Assembly (NCBI GenBank): GCA_945788205.1
Contig: CALZLE010000247.1
Span: 1 to 43,325, forward strand
DNA from: an uncultured Desulfuromonadales bacterium
GTDB lineage: Bacteria > Desulfobacterota > Desulfuromonadia > Desulfuromonadales > Geopsychrobacteraceae
Reading direction: 5' to 3'
Length of the DNA stretch: 43,325 nt
The notes under the pieces are model-generated. The model had not been told where the DNA came from, searched no databases, and was given only the letters and a program-made list of their open reading frames with translations. This document shows, piece after piece, positions 28,250 to 37,625 of the stretch; the first letter of the stretch is position 1, and each line of letters begins with the position of its first letter. The position numbers were made by a program, and so were the translations under genes.

Positions 28250-29347
28250 ATGACGGGAATGGCGCAATCCCACTACCGCCTGGCAATGAATTATTATCAG
28301 GGCAAAGGGGTAAAAAAGTCCTACGCAGAAGCATTGAAGTGGTTCCAGCTTGCCGCGCAAGAAAATAGCCCGCGGGCTATTTTCATGCTCGGTAGAATGT
28401 ACGACACCGGAAAGGGAGTCACTGAAAGCCCCATAGAAGCGATTAAACACTATCGTCAAGCAGCAGAGATGGGCTATGCCAGAGCGCAAAACCAGCTTGG
28501 CCAGGCCTACATCAAGGGGCACGGCGTTCCAGCCGATTTCGATCAAGCCCTTAAATGGTTCCGCTTGGCCGCCGAACAGAATTTCTCCGATGGTCAATAT
28601 AACTTGGGCCTGATGTATGCCAAGGGGCACGGAGTTCCGAAAGATTTTCTCGAAGCCCGCCGCTGGTGGGGACTGGCTGCTGAGCAGGGGAACCCTAAGG
28701 TTCAGTTCACCCTCGGGCACATGTATCTGGTCGGCAAAGGAGTGAAGAAGAATTACTCTAAAGCCCGGCAGTGGCTGCGACAGGCCGCCGAACAAGGGCT
28801 ACCGACAGCCCAGTATCATCTGGGAATGATGTACGCAAAAGGAACCGGGGTTCTGCAAAGCTACACCGAAGCACGGATGTGGCTACAAAAAGCAGCCGAG
28901 CAGAATTATCTTGACGCAATCTACAACCTCGGCAAACTGTTCAGCACCGGGAGCGAGGAAGTCCGCGACCCAACCTCTGCCGTGGTCCTGCTGCAGCAGG
29001 CAGCAACCCGAGGTCATCAGCGCGCCCAAGTCGCTGTCGGCCATCATTTCGCCCAAGGAATTGGGACGAGTCAGGATCTGCAGCTCGCCTATCACTGGTG
29101 GTTTGAAGCAGCGAAATCGAGCAATGCCGATGCCCAATACAACCTCGGAATTATGTACATCAATGGCAAAGGAGTTAAGCGGGACGCTCTGGAAGGAAAA
29201 AAATGGCTGACCAAAGCCGCTGACCAAGGGCACACCAAGGCCCAGTATTGCCTCGGAGTGATGTACTCCACCGGCACCGGCGTACCACAAGATATGGACG
29301 AGGCCCTGCGCTGGAAAGAAGCTGCAGAGTTTTGGGAATCGCTCTAA
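28250..29347 (+). CDS. Sel1-like repeat protein (about 10 repeats)
   Basis: 36-aa periodic QYNLGxMYxKGxGVxKxYxEAxxWxxxAAEQ; no signal peptide. Confidence 0.93.
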   Translation: MTGMAQSHYRLAMNYYQGKGVKKSYAEALKWFQLAAQENSPRAIFMLGRMYDTGKGVTESPIEAIKHYRQAAEMGYARAQNQLGQAYIKGHGVPADFDQALKWFRLAAEQNFSDGQYNLGLMYAKGHGVPKDFLEARRWWGLAAEQGNPKVQFTLGHMYLVGKGVKKNYSKARQWLRQAAEQGLPTAQYHLGMMYAKGTGVLQSYTEARMWLQKAAEQNYLDAIYNLGKLFSTGSEEVRDPTSAVVLLQQAATRGHQRAQVAVGHHFAQGIGTSQDLQLAYHWWFEAAKSSNADAQYNLGIMYINGKGVKRDALEGKKWLTKAADQGHTKAQYCLGVMYSTGTGVPQDMDEALRWKEAAEFWESL

Positions 29348-29359
29348 AACGGAACCAGT

Positions 29360-31294
29360 ATGCCGATTATTTCCTGTCCACATTGTGGCGCCCAGCGCAA
29401 TACTCCCAGCGAAAAGTTGCCGAGCAAACCGGTGAATGCGCGCTGTCCGGCCTGTCGAGAAAGTTTCAGCTTCGATCCCGCCAGCATTGCCGCCGCAGAA
29501 GCTCTCCCGCAAAAGAACACCCGAGACATCTCTTGCCCACATTGCGGACTACCACGGGAAATCCCCGCTAATCGACAGACCAATCAACGCGCTACCGTCA
29601 ATTGCCGGCGCTGTCAACGCTCCTTCCGACTTGATCAAGCCACATCAGAACCAACTTCGAAAAATCGTCAACCCCACCAGCAACTGAACGGTATCGGGCG
29701 ATTATTAGCCGACAGTTGGGAGCTTTTCTGCCAACGCGGTTGGGGCCTGCTGGCTATCTATCTGATTTCCAGTCTGATGATTTTTGCTCCTCTGTTGTTC
29801 GCAATACTTATTCTGCCCCCACTGGTCAAACAGGATCCATTTCTCGTCTGGATCAGCTTGGTTGGCGGAATAATTTTTGGCCTGACAGGTGCGGCCTGGA
29901 TGACAGCCAGTATGTTCAGCCATATCTGCAAACAGGAGCTCGGCGTCTTTGCCGCGATCGGCGAAGGCCGTCGACAGCTCTGGAAATATCTCGCCCTCAT
30001 CCTGCTGCTCGGTCTGGTCATTACCGGCGGCTCGCTCCTATTGATCGTACCGGGGGTCATTTTCACCGTCTGGTTTTTCTTCTGTCAGTACATTCTTGCC
30101 GATGAGGGAGTCGGTGGCCTGCAGGCGCTCGAGAGAAGTCGACAGTTGGTGCGCGGACACTGGTGGGCTGTTTGTGCCCGCTTCTTACTGCTTTTTCTGG
30201 TGACAATGGCCATCGCCATATTAACCGCTCGACTGCCGGTTATTGGCGCGCCGCTTAACTTTGCTTTCTCACTCTTGCTGACACCATTTTCGCTGATTTA
30301 CTACTATCAGATCTACACAGACCTGAAACGCTGCCAAAACGATCCCACAGAAAAAGCCTGCAGCGGCTTCGGGTTTCCAGTCGCGACAGCACTGCTTGGC
30401 TGGATGCTCATCCCTGGCCTGCTGTTCGCGGTCAACAACTGGCAGAAGCTCCCCTCCTCTGACTTAGCCACGGAAAGCTCTGCGCTGGTTTCCAAACTTT
30501 TCAACTACGATCAAGCACTATTGCTGGAGCGGGCCGAACAGGAGCCCGAACTGCAAATCCTGCCGATGCCTGAAGCCCTGACCCTGGCTGATTATGACCG
30601 GCTGCTCAACAAGCAACAGTCTCCGGCAGCACAAAAAGGTCTCGCCCTCGGTCCAGCAACACTCTCTGCTGAACAGTTCTGGCAAGATGAGCAGGAACCA
30701 CATCTCTGGCTGAAACTGCAGGTGGCAGAACTCCCCAATTTGGCCCTGTCACGTAATCACTCAACCCGGATTCTCATCGACAAGGTTCTCGACTCTGCGG
30801 CCCAGGATCGCTATGACCGGGATCACAGCTTTGAACATGACGCCTTTCACTGGATCGACATCCTCGCCGACAACTCTCTCGAGCAAGGCTATGGTGGCAT
30901 CCGTAATGTCTACTTGACGCAGGGAACACGTCCGGAACAGATCCGCAGCATTGTCGGCCAACTGGAACTCAACCTACCACTCGGGATTGAAAGCCTGCAG
31001 CTGAATCACGATGATATTGGCAAAACATTACAGATTGCCGGAAAATCTCTCACCGTCGAAAACATCAACGCCGACGGTATCACTTTACGGTTTGCCGGAA
31101 AACGCTCCGAGCTACTAAGCATCCGTGCCGTCAATCAACAGGCCGAACCGCTCCGTGATGCAGGGTTCACCTGGCATAAAATTGGCCAGGCATTCAGCCT
31201 CAAAAAGATGTTTAACGGCAAAGTCGACATCGTCACCATTCTCGTTGACAGCGACTCCGTCACCCGCAGTTATCCCTTCGAAATTACCCGCTGA
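29360..31294 (+). CDS. Membrane protein with two N-terminal MJ0042-type zinc ribbons, a multi-TM region and a C-terminal soluble domain
   Basis: CPHC-x17-CPAC and CPHC-x18-CRRC; about 7 hydrophobic segments including LLLIVPGVIFTVWFFF and ALERSRQLVRGHWW. Confidence 0.8.
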   Translation: MPIISCPHCGAQRNTPSEKLPSKPVNARCPACRESFSFDPASIAAAEALPQKNTRDISCPHCGLPREIPANRQTNQRATVNCRRCQRSFRLDQATSEPTSKNRQPHQQLNGIGRLLADSWELFCQRGWGLLAIYLISSLMIFAPLLFAILILPPLVKQDPFLVWISLVGGIIFGLTGAAWMTASMFSHICKQELGVFAAIGEGRRQLWKYLALILLLGLVITGGSLLLIVPGVIFTVWFFFCQYILADEGVGGLQALERSRQLVRGHWWAVCARFLLLFLVTMAIAILTARLPVIGAPLNFAFSLLLTPFSLIYYYQIYTDLKRCQNDPTEKACSGFGFPVATALLGWMLIPGLLFAVNNWQKLPSSDLATESSALVSKLFNYDQALLLERAEQEPELQILPMPEALTLADYDRLLNKQQSPAAQKGLALGPATLSAEQFWQDEQEPHLWLKLQVAELPNLALSRNHSTRILIDKVLDSAAQDRYDRDHSFEHDAFHWIDILADNSLEQGYGGIRNVYLTQGTRPEQIRSIVGQLELNLPLGIESLQLNHDDIGKTLQIAGKSLTVENINADGITLRFAGKRSELLSIRAVNQQAEPLRDAGFTWHKIGQAFSLKKMFNGKVDIVTILVDSDSVTRSYPFEITR

Positions 31295-31319
31295 CCTCTT
31301 TTCGCCACCATAGCGCTGC

Positions 31320-31377
31320 TTGACAAAAAACGACCCGCCCACTATGCTTTTTTGCATAGGCCATGCATGCCTGCATA
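31320..31377 (+). promoter_or_regulatory. sigma70 promoter of the activator gene overlapped by two ATGCA-N4-TGCAT-like operators
   Basis: TTGACA(31320)-N17-TATGCT(31343); ATGCTTTTTTGCAT at 31344 and ATGCATGCCTGCAT at 31363. Confidence 0.7.
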
Positions 31378-31415
31378 AAGAATTCCGCAAACCATGAAAC
31401 ATACGGAACTCAAAG

Positions 31416-33134
31416 ATGAATAACAGCTCCCACACGAACGCACTGATTGACGCCACTGCCCGCATCATCATTGCCATTGACCATCAGGGAAAGATCACAA
31501 ATCTCAGCCAACGGGCCGAACAAAACCTGAATATAAGCGTGGGACAAAATCTGACCTCTACCCTTCCTGACCTCTGGCAACAGGCCGAGACAGTGCTCTC
31601 CGGACAAGCCCCGCAACAGGCGCTCTCACTAAACCTTGCACAGCGGGAATACATCGTCGATATCAACCCACTACTGATTGACAACAACATCATTGGCGTT
31701 GTCTGCACCCTGGTCGACAGCCAGCAGCTGGAGGCGATGACCAGCAACCTGCCCTCTTTCCAGACTCTCTCGCGCGAACTGGACACCATCATTGATTCAT
31801 CATCGGACGGTCTGTTTGTCTGCGATGCTAACGCCAACGTTATCCGGGTCAATCCAGCCTCGGAGCGGATCCACCAAACCTCCGCCCAAAAACTGATCGG
31901 CCGCAACATGCGCGAGCTGATCGAGAGCGGCTTTATCGACCGGTCGGCGGCACTTGAAACCAGTCAGACGAAAAAACCGGCCAGCCTGCTGCAGAACAAA
32001 GATGGTCGCAAACTGATCTCCATCGCGACTCCGGTATTTAACGACACCGGCGAATTGATCCGCGTGGTCGTCAGCGAACGGGACATCACTGAAATTGACA
32101 CTTTGCAGCGCGAACTGGAAGCACAGGAAGCGATCAGTGACCAGTTCCGCGAGCAAATGCTGGCGATGCAGCACGCTGAACTTGACTCGAAGCAGATCAT
32201 CGCCCGCAGCCCAGAAATGATCCGCGCACTGCAACAGGCAATCCGTGTAGCGCCCGCCGACTCCTCAGTGTTGGTGCTCGGTGAATCGGGTGTCGGTAAA
32301 GGCTTGATCGCCGACCTGATTCATAAAAACTCGCGCCGCGAAACCAACCCACTGATTAAAATCAACTGCGGTGCAATTCCGGAATCGCTGATCGAAGCAG
32401 AACTGTTCGGGTATGAAAAAGGCGCATTCACCGGCGCCCTGGCGAGTGGCAAGCCGGGACATTTCGAACTGGCCGACGGCGGCACCCTGTTCCTCGATGA
32501 GGTTGCCGAATTACCTCTGCCGTCACAGGTCAAGCTGTTGCGTTTTCTCGAAGATGGTCGCATCACCCGGCTGGGCGGAACCAACAGTAAGAACGTTGAT
32601 GTCCGGGTGCTGGCAGCGACCCATCGCGACCTGGAAAAGATGGTCGAAGAGGGCCTCTTCCGCCTTGACCTCTACTACCGGCTCAACGTTATTCCGATTC
32701 AGGTGCCAGCAGTCCGTGAACGCCGCGACTGCTTCGTTCCACTGCTTCGCCACTATATCGACCTGTTCGGCCAACAAGCCGGCAGCAAAAAACGCTTAAC
32801 CCGCGCTGCACTCGACGCCTTGGCCAACTACCCTTACCCCGGTAACGTCCGCGAACTGATGAATATCTGCGAACGGGTCGTGGTCATGAGCGAAACCGCA
32901 ACCATCGACCTTCCCGACCTTCCCGCTCAAGTAGCGCAACGCAATAATAACCTGGCCTACAACAGCCTTGACTGGCCAGAAGGAACAAGCCTGCAAGCGG
33001 CGCTGGACCACGTCGAAAAAAATATTCTCGAAAAAGCCCAGCAACGTTTTTCGAACCAGACTGAGGTCGCCAAAGCTCTCGGAGTCAACCAGTCGACCAT
33101 TGCCCGAAAACTTAAACGTCACAACCTCAGTTAA
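31416..33134 (+). CDS. sigma-54 enhancer-binding activator, PAS-PAS-AAA+-HTH (PrdR/RocR-like)
   Basis: GESGVGKG, EAELFGYEKGAFTGA, LFLDEV, FRLDLYYRLNV, YPGNVREL, C-terminal HTH. Confidence 0.95.
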   Translation: MNNSSHTNALIDATARIIIAIDHQGKITNLSQRAEQNLNISVGQNLTSTLPDLWQQAETVLSGQAPQQALSLNLAQREYIVDINPLLIDNNIIGVVCTLVDSQQLEAMTSNLPSFQTLSRELDTIIDSSSDGLFVCDANANVIRVNPASERIHQTSAQKLIGRNMRELIESGFIDRSAALETSQTKKPASLLQNKDGRKLISIATPVFNDTGELIRVVVSERDITEIDTLQRELEAQEAISDQFREQMLAMQHAELDSKQIIARSPEMIRALQQAIRVAPADSSVLVLGESGVGKGLIADLIHKNSRRETNPLIKINCGAIPESLIEAELFGYEKGAFTGALASGKPGHFELADGGTLFLDEVAELPLPSQVKLLRFLEDGRITRLGGTNSKNVDVRVLAATHRDLEKMVEEGLFRLDLYYRLNVIPIQVPAVRERRDCFVPLLRHYIDLFGQQAGSKKRLTRAALDALANYPYPGNVRELMNICERVVVMSETATIDLPDLPAQVAQRNNNLAYNSLDWPEGTSLQAALDHVEKNILEKAQQRFSNQTEVAKALGVNQSTIARKLKRHNLS

Positions 33135-33169
33135 TCCTGAATACCATTAAATCAGCCACTTAGACGAGC

Positions 33170-33185
33170 TATGCAATATTGCATA
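33170..33185. promoter_or_regulatory. Putative upstream activator site
   Basis: Perfect 16-bp palindrome TATGCAATATTGCATA about 145 bp upstream of the -24 box. Confidence 0.7.
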
Positions 33186-33327
33186 CTGGCAGGTAATCCA
33201 AGCGCCTGCACCCCCCTCTTTTTGACCTGTAAAAAATCTCAAGAGACTGACTGAATAATAAAAAAAGCCTGATACAATAGTGACTTCAGGATGATTAATG
33301 ATTTTGTTCTGCAGACCAGAACAGAGC

Positions 33328-33344
33328 TTGGCACCCTCTTTGCT
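33328..33344 (+). promoter_or_regulatory. sigma-54 (-24/-12) promoter of the proline catabolism operon
   Basis: TTGGCACCCTCTTTGCT: GG-N10-GC with consensus flanks. Confidence 0.9.
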
Positions 33345-33423
33345 CATGGAACTATTTCATCATTCCCGACATTCGCTGATGAATAAACAGCTCAGACAAA
33401 CTCAATAGAAAAGAGGAAAAACC

Positions 33424-35073
33424 ATGAACCTTCTGAACAACGCCGTCATCAATATTCCAACCCCGCAAAACGAGCCTGTTCTTTCTTATGCCCCGGGCAC
33501 TCCTGAGCGGCAACAACTGAAGGACGCACTCGAAGAACTGAAGTCGAAACAGATTGAAGTTCCGTTGATTATTGGTGGCAAAGAGGTTCGCACCGGCAAC
33601 CTGGCCAGAATGACCTGCCCACACGATCATTCTGTCGAGCTGGGCCAGTATCACAAGGCCGGCCCGAAGGAAGTACAGATGGCGATTGATGCGGCGATGG
33701 CGGCCAAGCCGGTCTGGGAAAGCCTGCGCTGGGAAGAACGGGCGGCAATTTTCCTCAAGGCTGCCGACCTGCTGGCCGGCCCGTACCGTTTCCTGCTCAA
33801 CGCCGCAACCATGCTTAACCAAAGCAAGAGCGCATTTCAGGCGGAGATCGACTCCGCCTGCGAGCTGATCGACTTCCTGCGCTTCAACGTCTACTTTGCC
33901 CAGGAAATTTACAAAGAGCAGCCGATGTATTCCTCCCCTCAGGTCTGGAATTACGTCCAGCACCGGCCACTGGAAGGCTTCGTCTTCGCGGTTGCGCCGT
34001 TCAACTTCACCGCAATCGCCGGCAACCTGCCGACCTCGCCAGCGATCATGGGCAACACCGTGGTCTGGAAACCGGCCTCTTCGGCGGTTTACGCACCTTA
34101 CCACTTCATGAAGCTGTTGCAGGAAGCTGGCCTGCCGGACGGCGTCATCAACTTCGTACCTGGATCCGGCGGTGATGTCGGCGACACCATACTCGCCAGC
34201 CCTGACTTCAACGGTATCCACTTTACCGGCAGCACCCCGGTCTTCCAGAGCATGTGGAAAGAGATCGGCGCCAACCTGGCGCGGGATCACTACAAGACTT
34301 ACCCGCGCATTGTCGGTGAAACCGGCGGCAAAGACTTCATCTTCGCCCACAACTCGGCCAACGTCGCTGCGCTGGCAACAGCAATGGTTCGCGGCGCCTA
34401 CGAGTACCAGGGCCAAAAGTGCTCGGCAGCTTCCCGGACCTACCTGCCGGAATCGTTGAAAGATGAGGTTCTCGCGGAGGTTAAAAATCAGGTTGGTCGG
34501 ATCAAAACCGGCGACGTCTGCGACTTCGGCAATTTCTTCAACGCCGTCATCGACAAAGGCGCCTATAAAACGATCACCGAATATATCGATTACGCCAAAG
34601 CGGCTGACGACGCCGAAATCATCATCGGCGGCGGTTACGACGACAGCAAAGGCTGGTTCATCGAACCGACCCTGATCCTCACCAGCAACCCGAACTTCAA
34701 GACTATGGTGGATGAGATCTTCGGCCCGGTCTTGACTGTCTACTGCTACCCGGATGCCGAATACGAAAAGTCTCTGGAACTGTGCGACCAGACCTCGCCG
34801 TTCAGCCTGACCGGAGCCGTCTTTGCTCAAGAGCGGACCGCCGTCAGTCTGGCGCTGGCAAAGCTGGAAAACGCCTCCGGCAACTTCTACATCAACGACA
34901 AACCGACCGGCGCCGTGGTTGGCCAGCAGCCGTTCGGCGGCGGCCGCGCCTCCGGCACCAACGACAAAGCCGGCAGCAAGCAGAACCTGATGCGCTGGGC
35001 CTCGGTGCGCACCATCAAAGAAAACTTCGTGCCGCCGACCAGCTTCGAATACCCGTTTATGGATGAGGAATAA
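33424..35073 (+). CDS. pruA: L-glutamate gamma-semialdehyde (P5C) dehydrogenase
   Basis: NEPVLSYAPG, PFNFTAIAGNL, HFTGST, GETGGK, EYQGQKCSAASR, EIFGP, GGGRASGTNDKAG. Confidence 0.96.
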   Translation: MNLLNNAVINIPTPQNEPVLSYAPGTPERQQLKDALEELKSKQIEVPLIIGGKEVRTGNLARMTCPHDHSVELGQYHKAGPKEVQMAIDAAMAAKPVWESLRWEERAAIFLKAADLLAGPYRFLLNAATMLNQSKSAFQAEIDSACELIDFLRFNVYFAQEIYKEQPMYSSPQVWNYVQHRPLEGFVFAVAPFNFTAIAGNLPTSPAIMGNTVVWKPASSAVYAPYHFMKLLQEAGLPDGVINFVPGSGGDVGDTILASPDFNGIHFTGSTPVFQSMWKEIGANLARDHYKTYPRIVGETGGKDFIFAHNSANVAALATAMVRGAYEYQGQKCSAASRTYLPESLKDEVLAEVKNQVGRIKTGDVCDFGNFFNAVIDKGAYKTITEYIDYAKAADDAEIIIGGGYDDSKGWFIEPTLILTSNPNFKTMVDEIFGPVLTVYCYPDAEYEKSLELCDQTSPFSLTGAVFAQERTAVSLALAKLENASGNFYINDKPTGAVVGQQPFGGGRASGTNDKAGSKQNLMRWASVRTIKENFVPPTSFEYPFMDEE

Positions 35074-35145
35074 GTCGAGCGTCTTTAACCGCGGCCGGGC
35101 AGAAGCTCGGCCGCAGGACCGACCCTAAACTGAAACGGAGCTACA

Positions 35146-36051
35146 ATGTCGATCTTCAACTTCCTGGTTTCCAAGACCATCATGCACATCCCCGGTCCGA
35201 TTGTCGGTTTTTTCGCCAAAGGCTATATCGCAGGAGAACAACTGAGTGATGCCGTGCTGGTCGGTCGAAAGCTGAATGAGCAAGGGATGATTCTGACCGT
35301 CGATATTCTCGGCGAATTTATTAAAACCAAAGAAGAGGCGATATTTTTCAAAAAGCAGTGCCTGGAGATTCTGGAAACGATCGATCGTGAGAAGCTGGAT
35401 GGCAACCTGTCACTTAAGCCGACCCAAATGGGCCTGCTGCTCGACGAAGATTTTGCCTTTGAGAACGTCCGCGAAATTGTCGCTAAAGCGGCCGAGCTGA
35501 ATAACTTCGTACGTATCGACATGGAAGATATCGAGTGCACCGATCAAACCCTCGACTTCTACCGTCGCCTGCGGGATGAATTTCCAAAAAATGTTGGCGT
35601 CGTGCTGCAGTCCTATCTGCGCCGCACACCGCAGGATATCGAAGACTTAAGTGACAAGCCGATGCACTATCGCCTCTGCAAGGGGATTTACAACGAACCA
35701 CGCACCGCGGCTTACAAAGATATGGATACCATCAACCGGAGCTTCATCTATTGCCTGGAGAAGATGTTCAAGCATGGCGCTTACGTTGGAATCGCCACCC
35801 ACGATGAGAAACTGGTGTTCGAGTCCTTGCGGCTGATCGAAAAGTATAACCTGAACAAAGATCAGTACGAATTCCAGATGCTGCTCGGCGTCGATCCGGA
35901 ACTGCGTCAAATCCTGGTCGATGCGGGTCACCGACTGCGGGTTTATCTCCCGTACGGTGAATCCTGGATGCCCTACTCACGGCGGCGCTTGAAGGAAAAT
36001 CCGAATATTGCCCGACACGCGCTGCTCCAGATGTTGCGTGGTACTGGCTGA
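35146..36051 (+). CDS. Monofunctional proline dehydrogenase
   Basis: YIAGE, DILGE, SLKPTQMGL, RIDMED, RLCKGIY, IATHDE, EFQMLLG, YSRRRLKENP. Confidence 0.95.
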   Translation: MSIFNFLVSKTIMHIPGPIVGFFAKGYIAGEQLSDAVLVGRKLNEQGMILTVDILGEFIKTKEEAIFFKKQCLEILETIDREKLDGNLSLKPTQMGLLLDEDFAFENVREIVAKAAELNNFVRIDMEDIECTDQTLDFYRRLRDEFPKNVGVVLQSYLRRTPQDIEDLSDKPMHYRLCKGIYNEPRTAAYKDMDTINRSFIYCLEKMFKHGAYVGIATHDEKLVFESLRLIEKYNLNKDQYEFQMLLGVDPELRQILVDAGHRLRVYLPYGESWMPYSRRRLKENPNIARHALLQMLRGTG

Positions 36052-36228
36052 GTCAACAATCGGTAGTTCATTTGCTACCAATGCAATAAATTTTGCCAAA
36101 CTGCTGTTTGGTTTGGCTATACTTCTGTTTTCGACTTCGACTCAGGCAATTTGCTGCAGTCAGGTTATTGTTCATCGTGCTTTTAGTACGATCGATTCAC
36201 CCACCTTTTCTATGACGGAGGAAACGAA

Positions 36229-37365
36229 ATGAAATTCGGAAAAATGATGTTGGCTCTTGCAGCCATCACCCTGCTGGCCGTTCCGGCTTTTGCTGACAGT
36301 CACGGCGGCACCTTGAAGGTTGGTGTTCAGGCACCAATTACCGGTTCATACGCCAACGAAGGTCAAGGCATCGAAAATGGCGTACAGCTGCTCGCCGAGC
36401 AGATCAATGCCAAGGGTGGCGTGATGGGCAAGCAAATCGAAGTCATCACCTGTGACGACCAAGGCACCGCCATGGCTGCAGCGATCTGCGCCAAAGATCT
36501 GGTCAATAAAGGGGTCAAGATGGTTATCGGCTCCTACACCTCGACCTGCGCTGAAGCGGCTCAGAAGACTTACTACAAGGCTGGCGTCCTGCAGACGTCC
36601 GACGGTACCGCCGACAGCCTGACCGAGAAGGGTTACTGGACTTTTCTGCGCAACTCTTTCCCGAACAGTGCTGAAGCCGAGTTTGTCGCCAACTACCTGG
36701 TCAATGTTAAAAAGTACCAGCGCATCGTCGTTATTTCCGACTTCTCGACTTACGCTGACGGCCTGGCCAACGCCGCTGAAGCGGCAATCAAGAAACTGGG
36801 CGGCAACGTGGTTTCCCGCGATAAGATCAAAGCCGATTCGCAAAACTTCACCCCGGTGCTGACCAACATCAAGTCAAAGAATCCTGATGCGATCTTCTTC
36901 GCCGGTTACTACTCCGACGGTGGTCAGCTACGTAATCAGCAAATGGCTCTCGGTATCAAGGCCGACTTCTATGGCGGTGACGCCAACGACAACCCGGACT
37001 TCGTCAAGCTGGCCGGTTCAGCAGCAACTGGCGCTTTCATCGTCAACGTTCCTTCCCCGGACGTACTCCCCTACGAGATTGCCAAGTCCTTTATCGCCGA
37101 CTACCAGAAAAAATATGGCGAGATGCCGCCTTCGATCTGGGGTTTGATGAACATCGATGGCATGCGCGCTATCATTCACGCCATGGAGCAGAACAAAAGC
37201 TTCGACACCAAAGCTGCTGCTGACTACCTGCACAACATGAAAGAGCCACTGGAAGGTATCACCGGTCAAATTGCCTTCGCCAAAGACGGCAACCGCAAGG
37301 GCGGCGCCTACGTGGTTAAAAAAATTCAGGCAGACGGAACATACGCCAACGAATATGTTCAGTAA
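36229..37365 (+). CDS. livK: Liv-type (HAAT) ABC transporter substrate-binding protein
   Basis: Signal peptide, VGVQAPITGSYA, INAKGGVMG, NPDAIFFAGYYSD. Confidence 0.9.
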   Translation: MKFGKMMLALAAITLLAVPAFADSHGGTLKVGVQAPITGSYANEGQGIENGVQLLAEQINAKGGVMGKQIEVITCDDQGTAMAAAICAKDLVNKGVKMVIGSYTSTCAEAAQKTYYKAGVLQTSDGTADSLTEKGYWTFLRNSFPNSAEAEFVANYLVNVKKYQRIVVISDFSTYADGLANAAEAAIKKLGGNVVSRDKIKADSQNFTPVLTNIKSKNPDAIFFAGYYSDGGQLRNQQMALGIKADFYGGDANDNPDFVKLAGSAATGAFIVNVPSPDVLPYEIAKSFIADYQKKYGEMPPSIWGLMNIDGMRAIIHAMEQNKSFDTKAAADYLHNMKEPLEGITGQIAFAKDGNRKGGAYVVKKIQADGTYANEYVQ

Positions 37366-37385
37366 AAAAGCTTGAACCATTCCAG

Positions 37386-37424
37386 AGGGGCGGGGGAGAT
37401 GTCGATTCTCCCGCCCCTTTTTTT
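37386..37424 (+). terminator. Terminator or attenuating hairpin after the binding-protein gene
   Basis: AGGGGCGGG...CCCGCCCCT followed by a T run. Confidence 0.8.
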
Positions 37425-37462
37425 AGCCTAAAAAAACGTAAACGGTATATTTCGGACGAGTC

Positions 37463-37534
37463 ACGGGCGACCTGTAGGTCGCCCCTACAAAACTGATACA
37501 TTGCCTGATCGTAGGGGCGAGCCATGACTCGCCC
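37463..37534. repeat. Inverted pair of GTAG-type REP elements
   Basis: Minus strand GTAGGGGCGACCTACAGGTCGCCC (37488-37465) and plus strand GTAGGGGCGAGCCATGACTCGCCC (37511-37534), 22 nt apart. Confidence 0.8.
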
Positions 37535-37625
37535 ATCCCTGCCCCTCAGGCGCGAGAAGAGGACGGCGCAGTCCTCCTCTGGCTTCTGAAAGGCAGCTTA
37601 TTCACCAACTTCGGAGATAAGTTTT

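Noticed and set aside
25867-29347. Periodic DNA repeats resembling an array
   Set aside because: The 108-bp periodicity is explained by Sel1 protein repeats; there are no identical repeats with unique spacers, so this is not CRISPR
33352-34830. 492-aa minus-strand ORF
   Set aside because: Antisense shadow of pruA, expected from biased codon usage; no recognisable motifs
35091-35114. Hairpin between pruA and proline dehydrogenase as a terminator
   Set aside because: GC stem without a T tract; more likely an mRNA stability element
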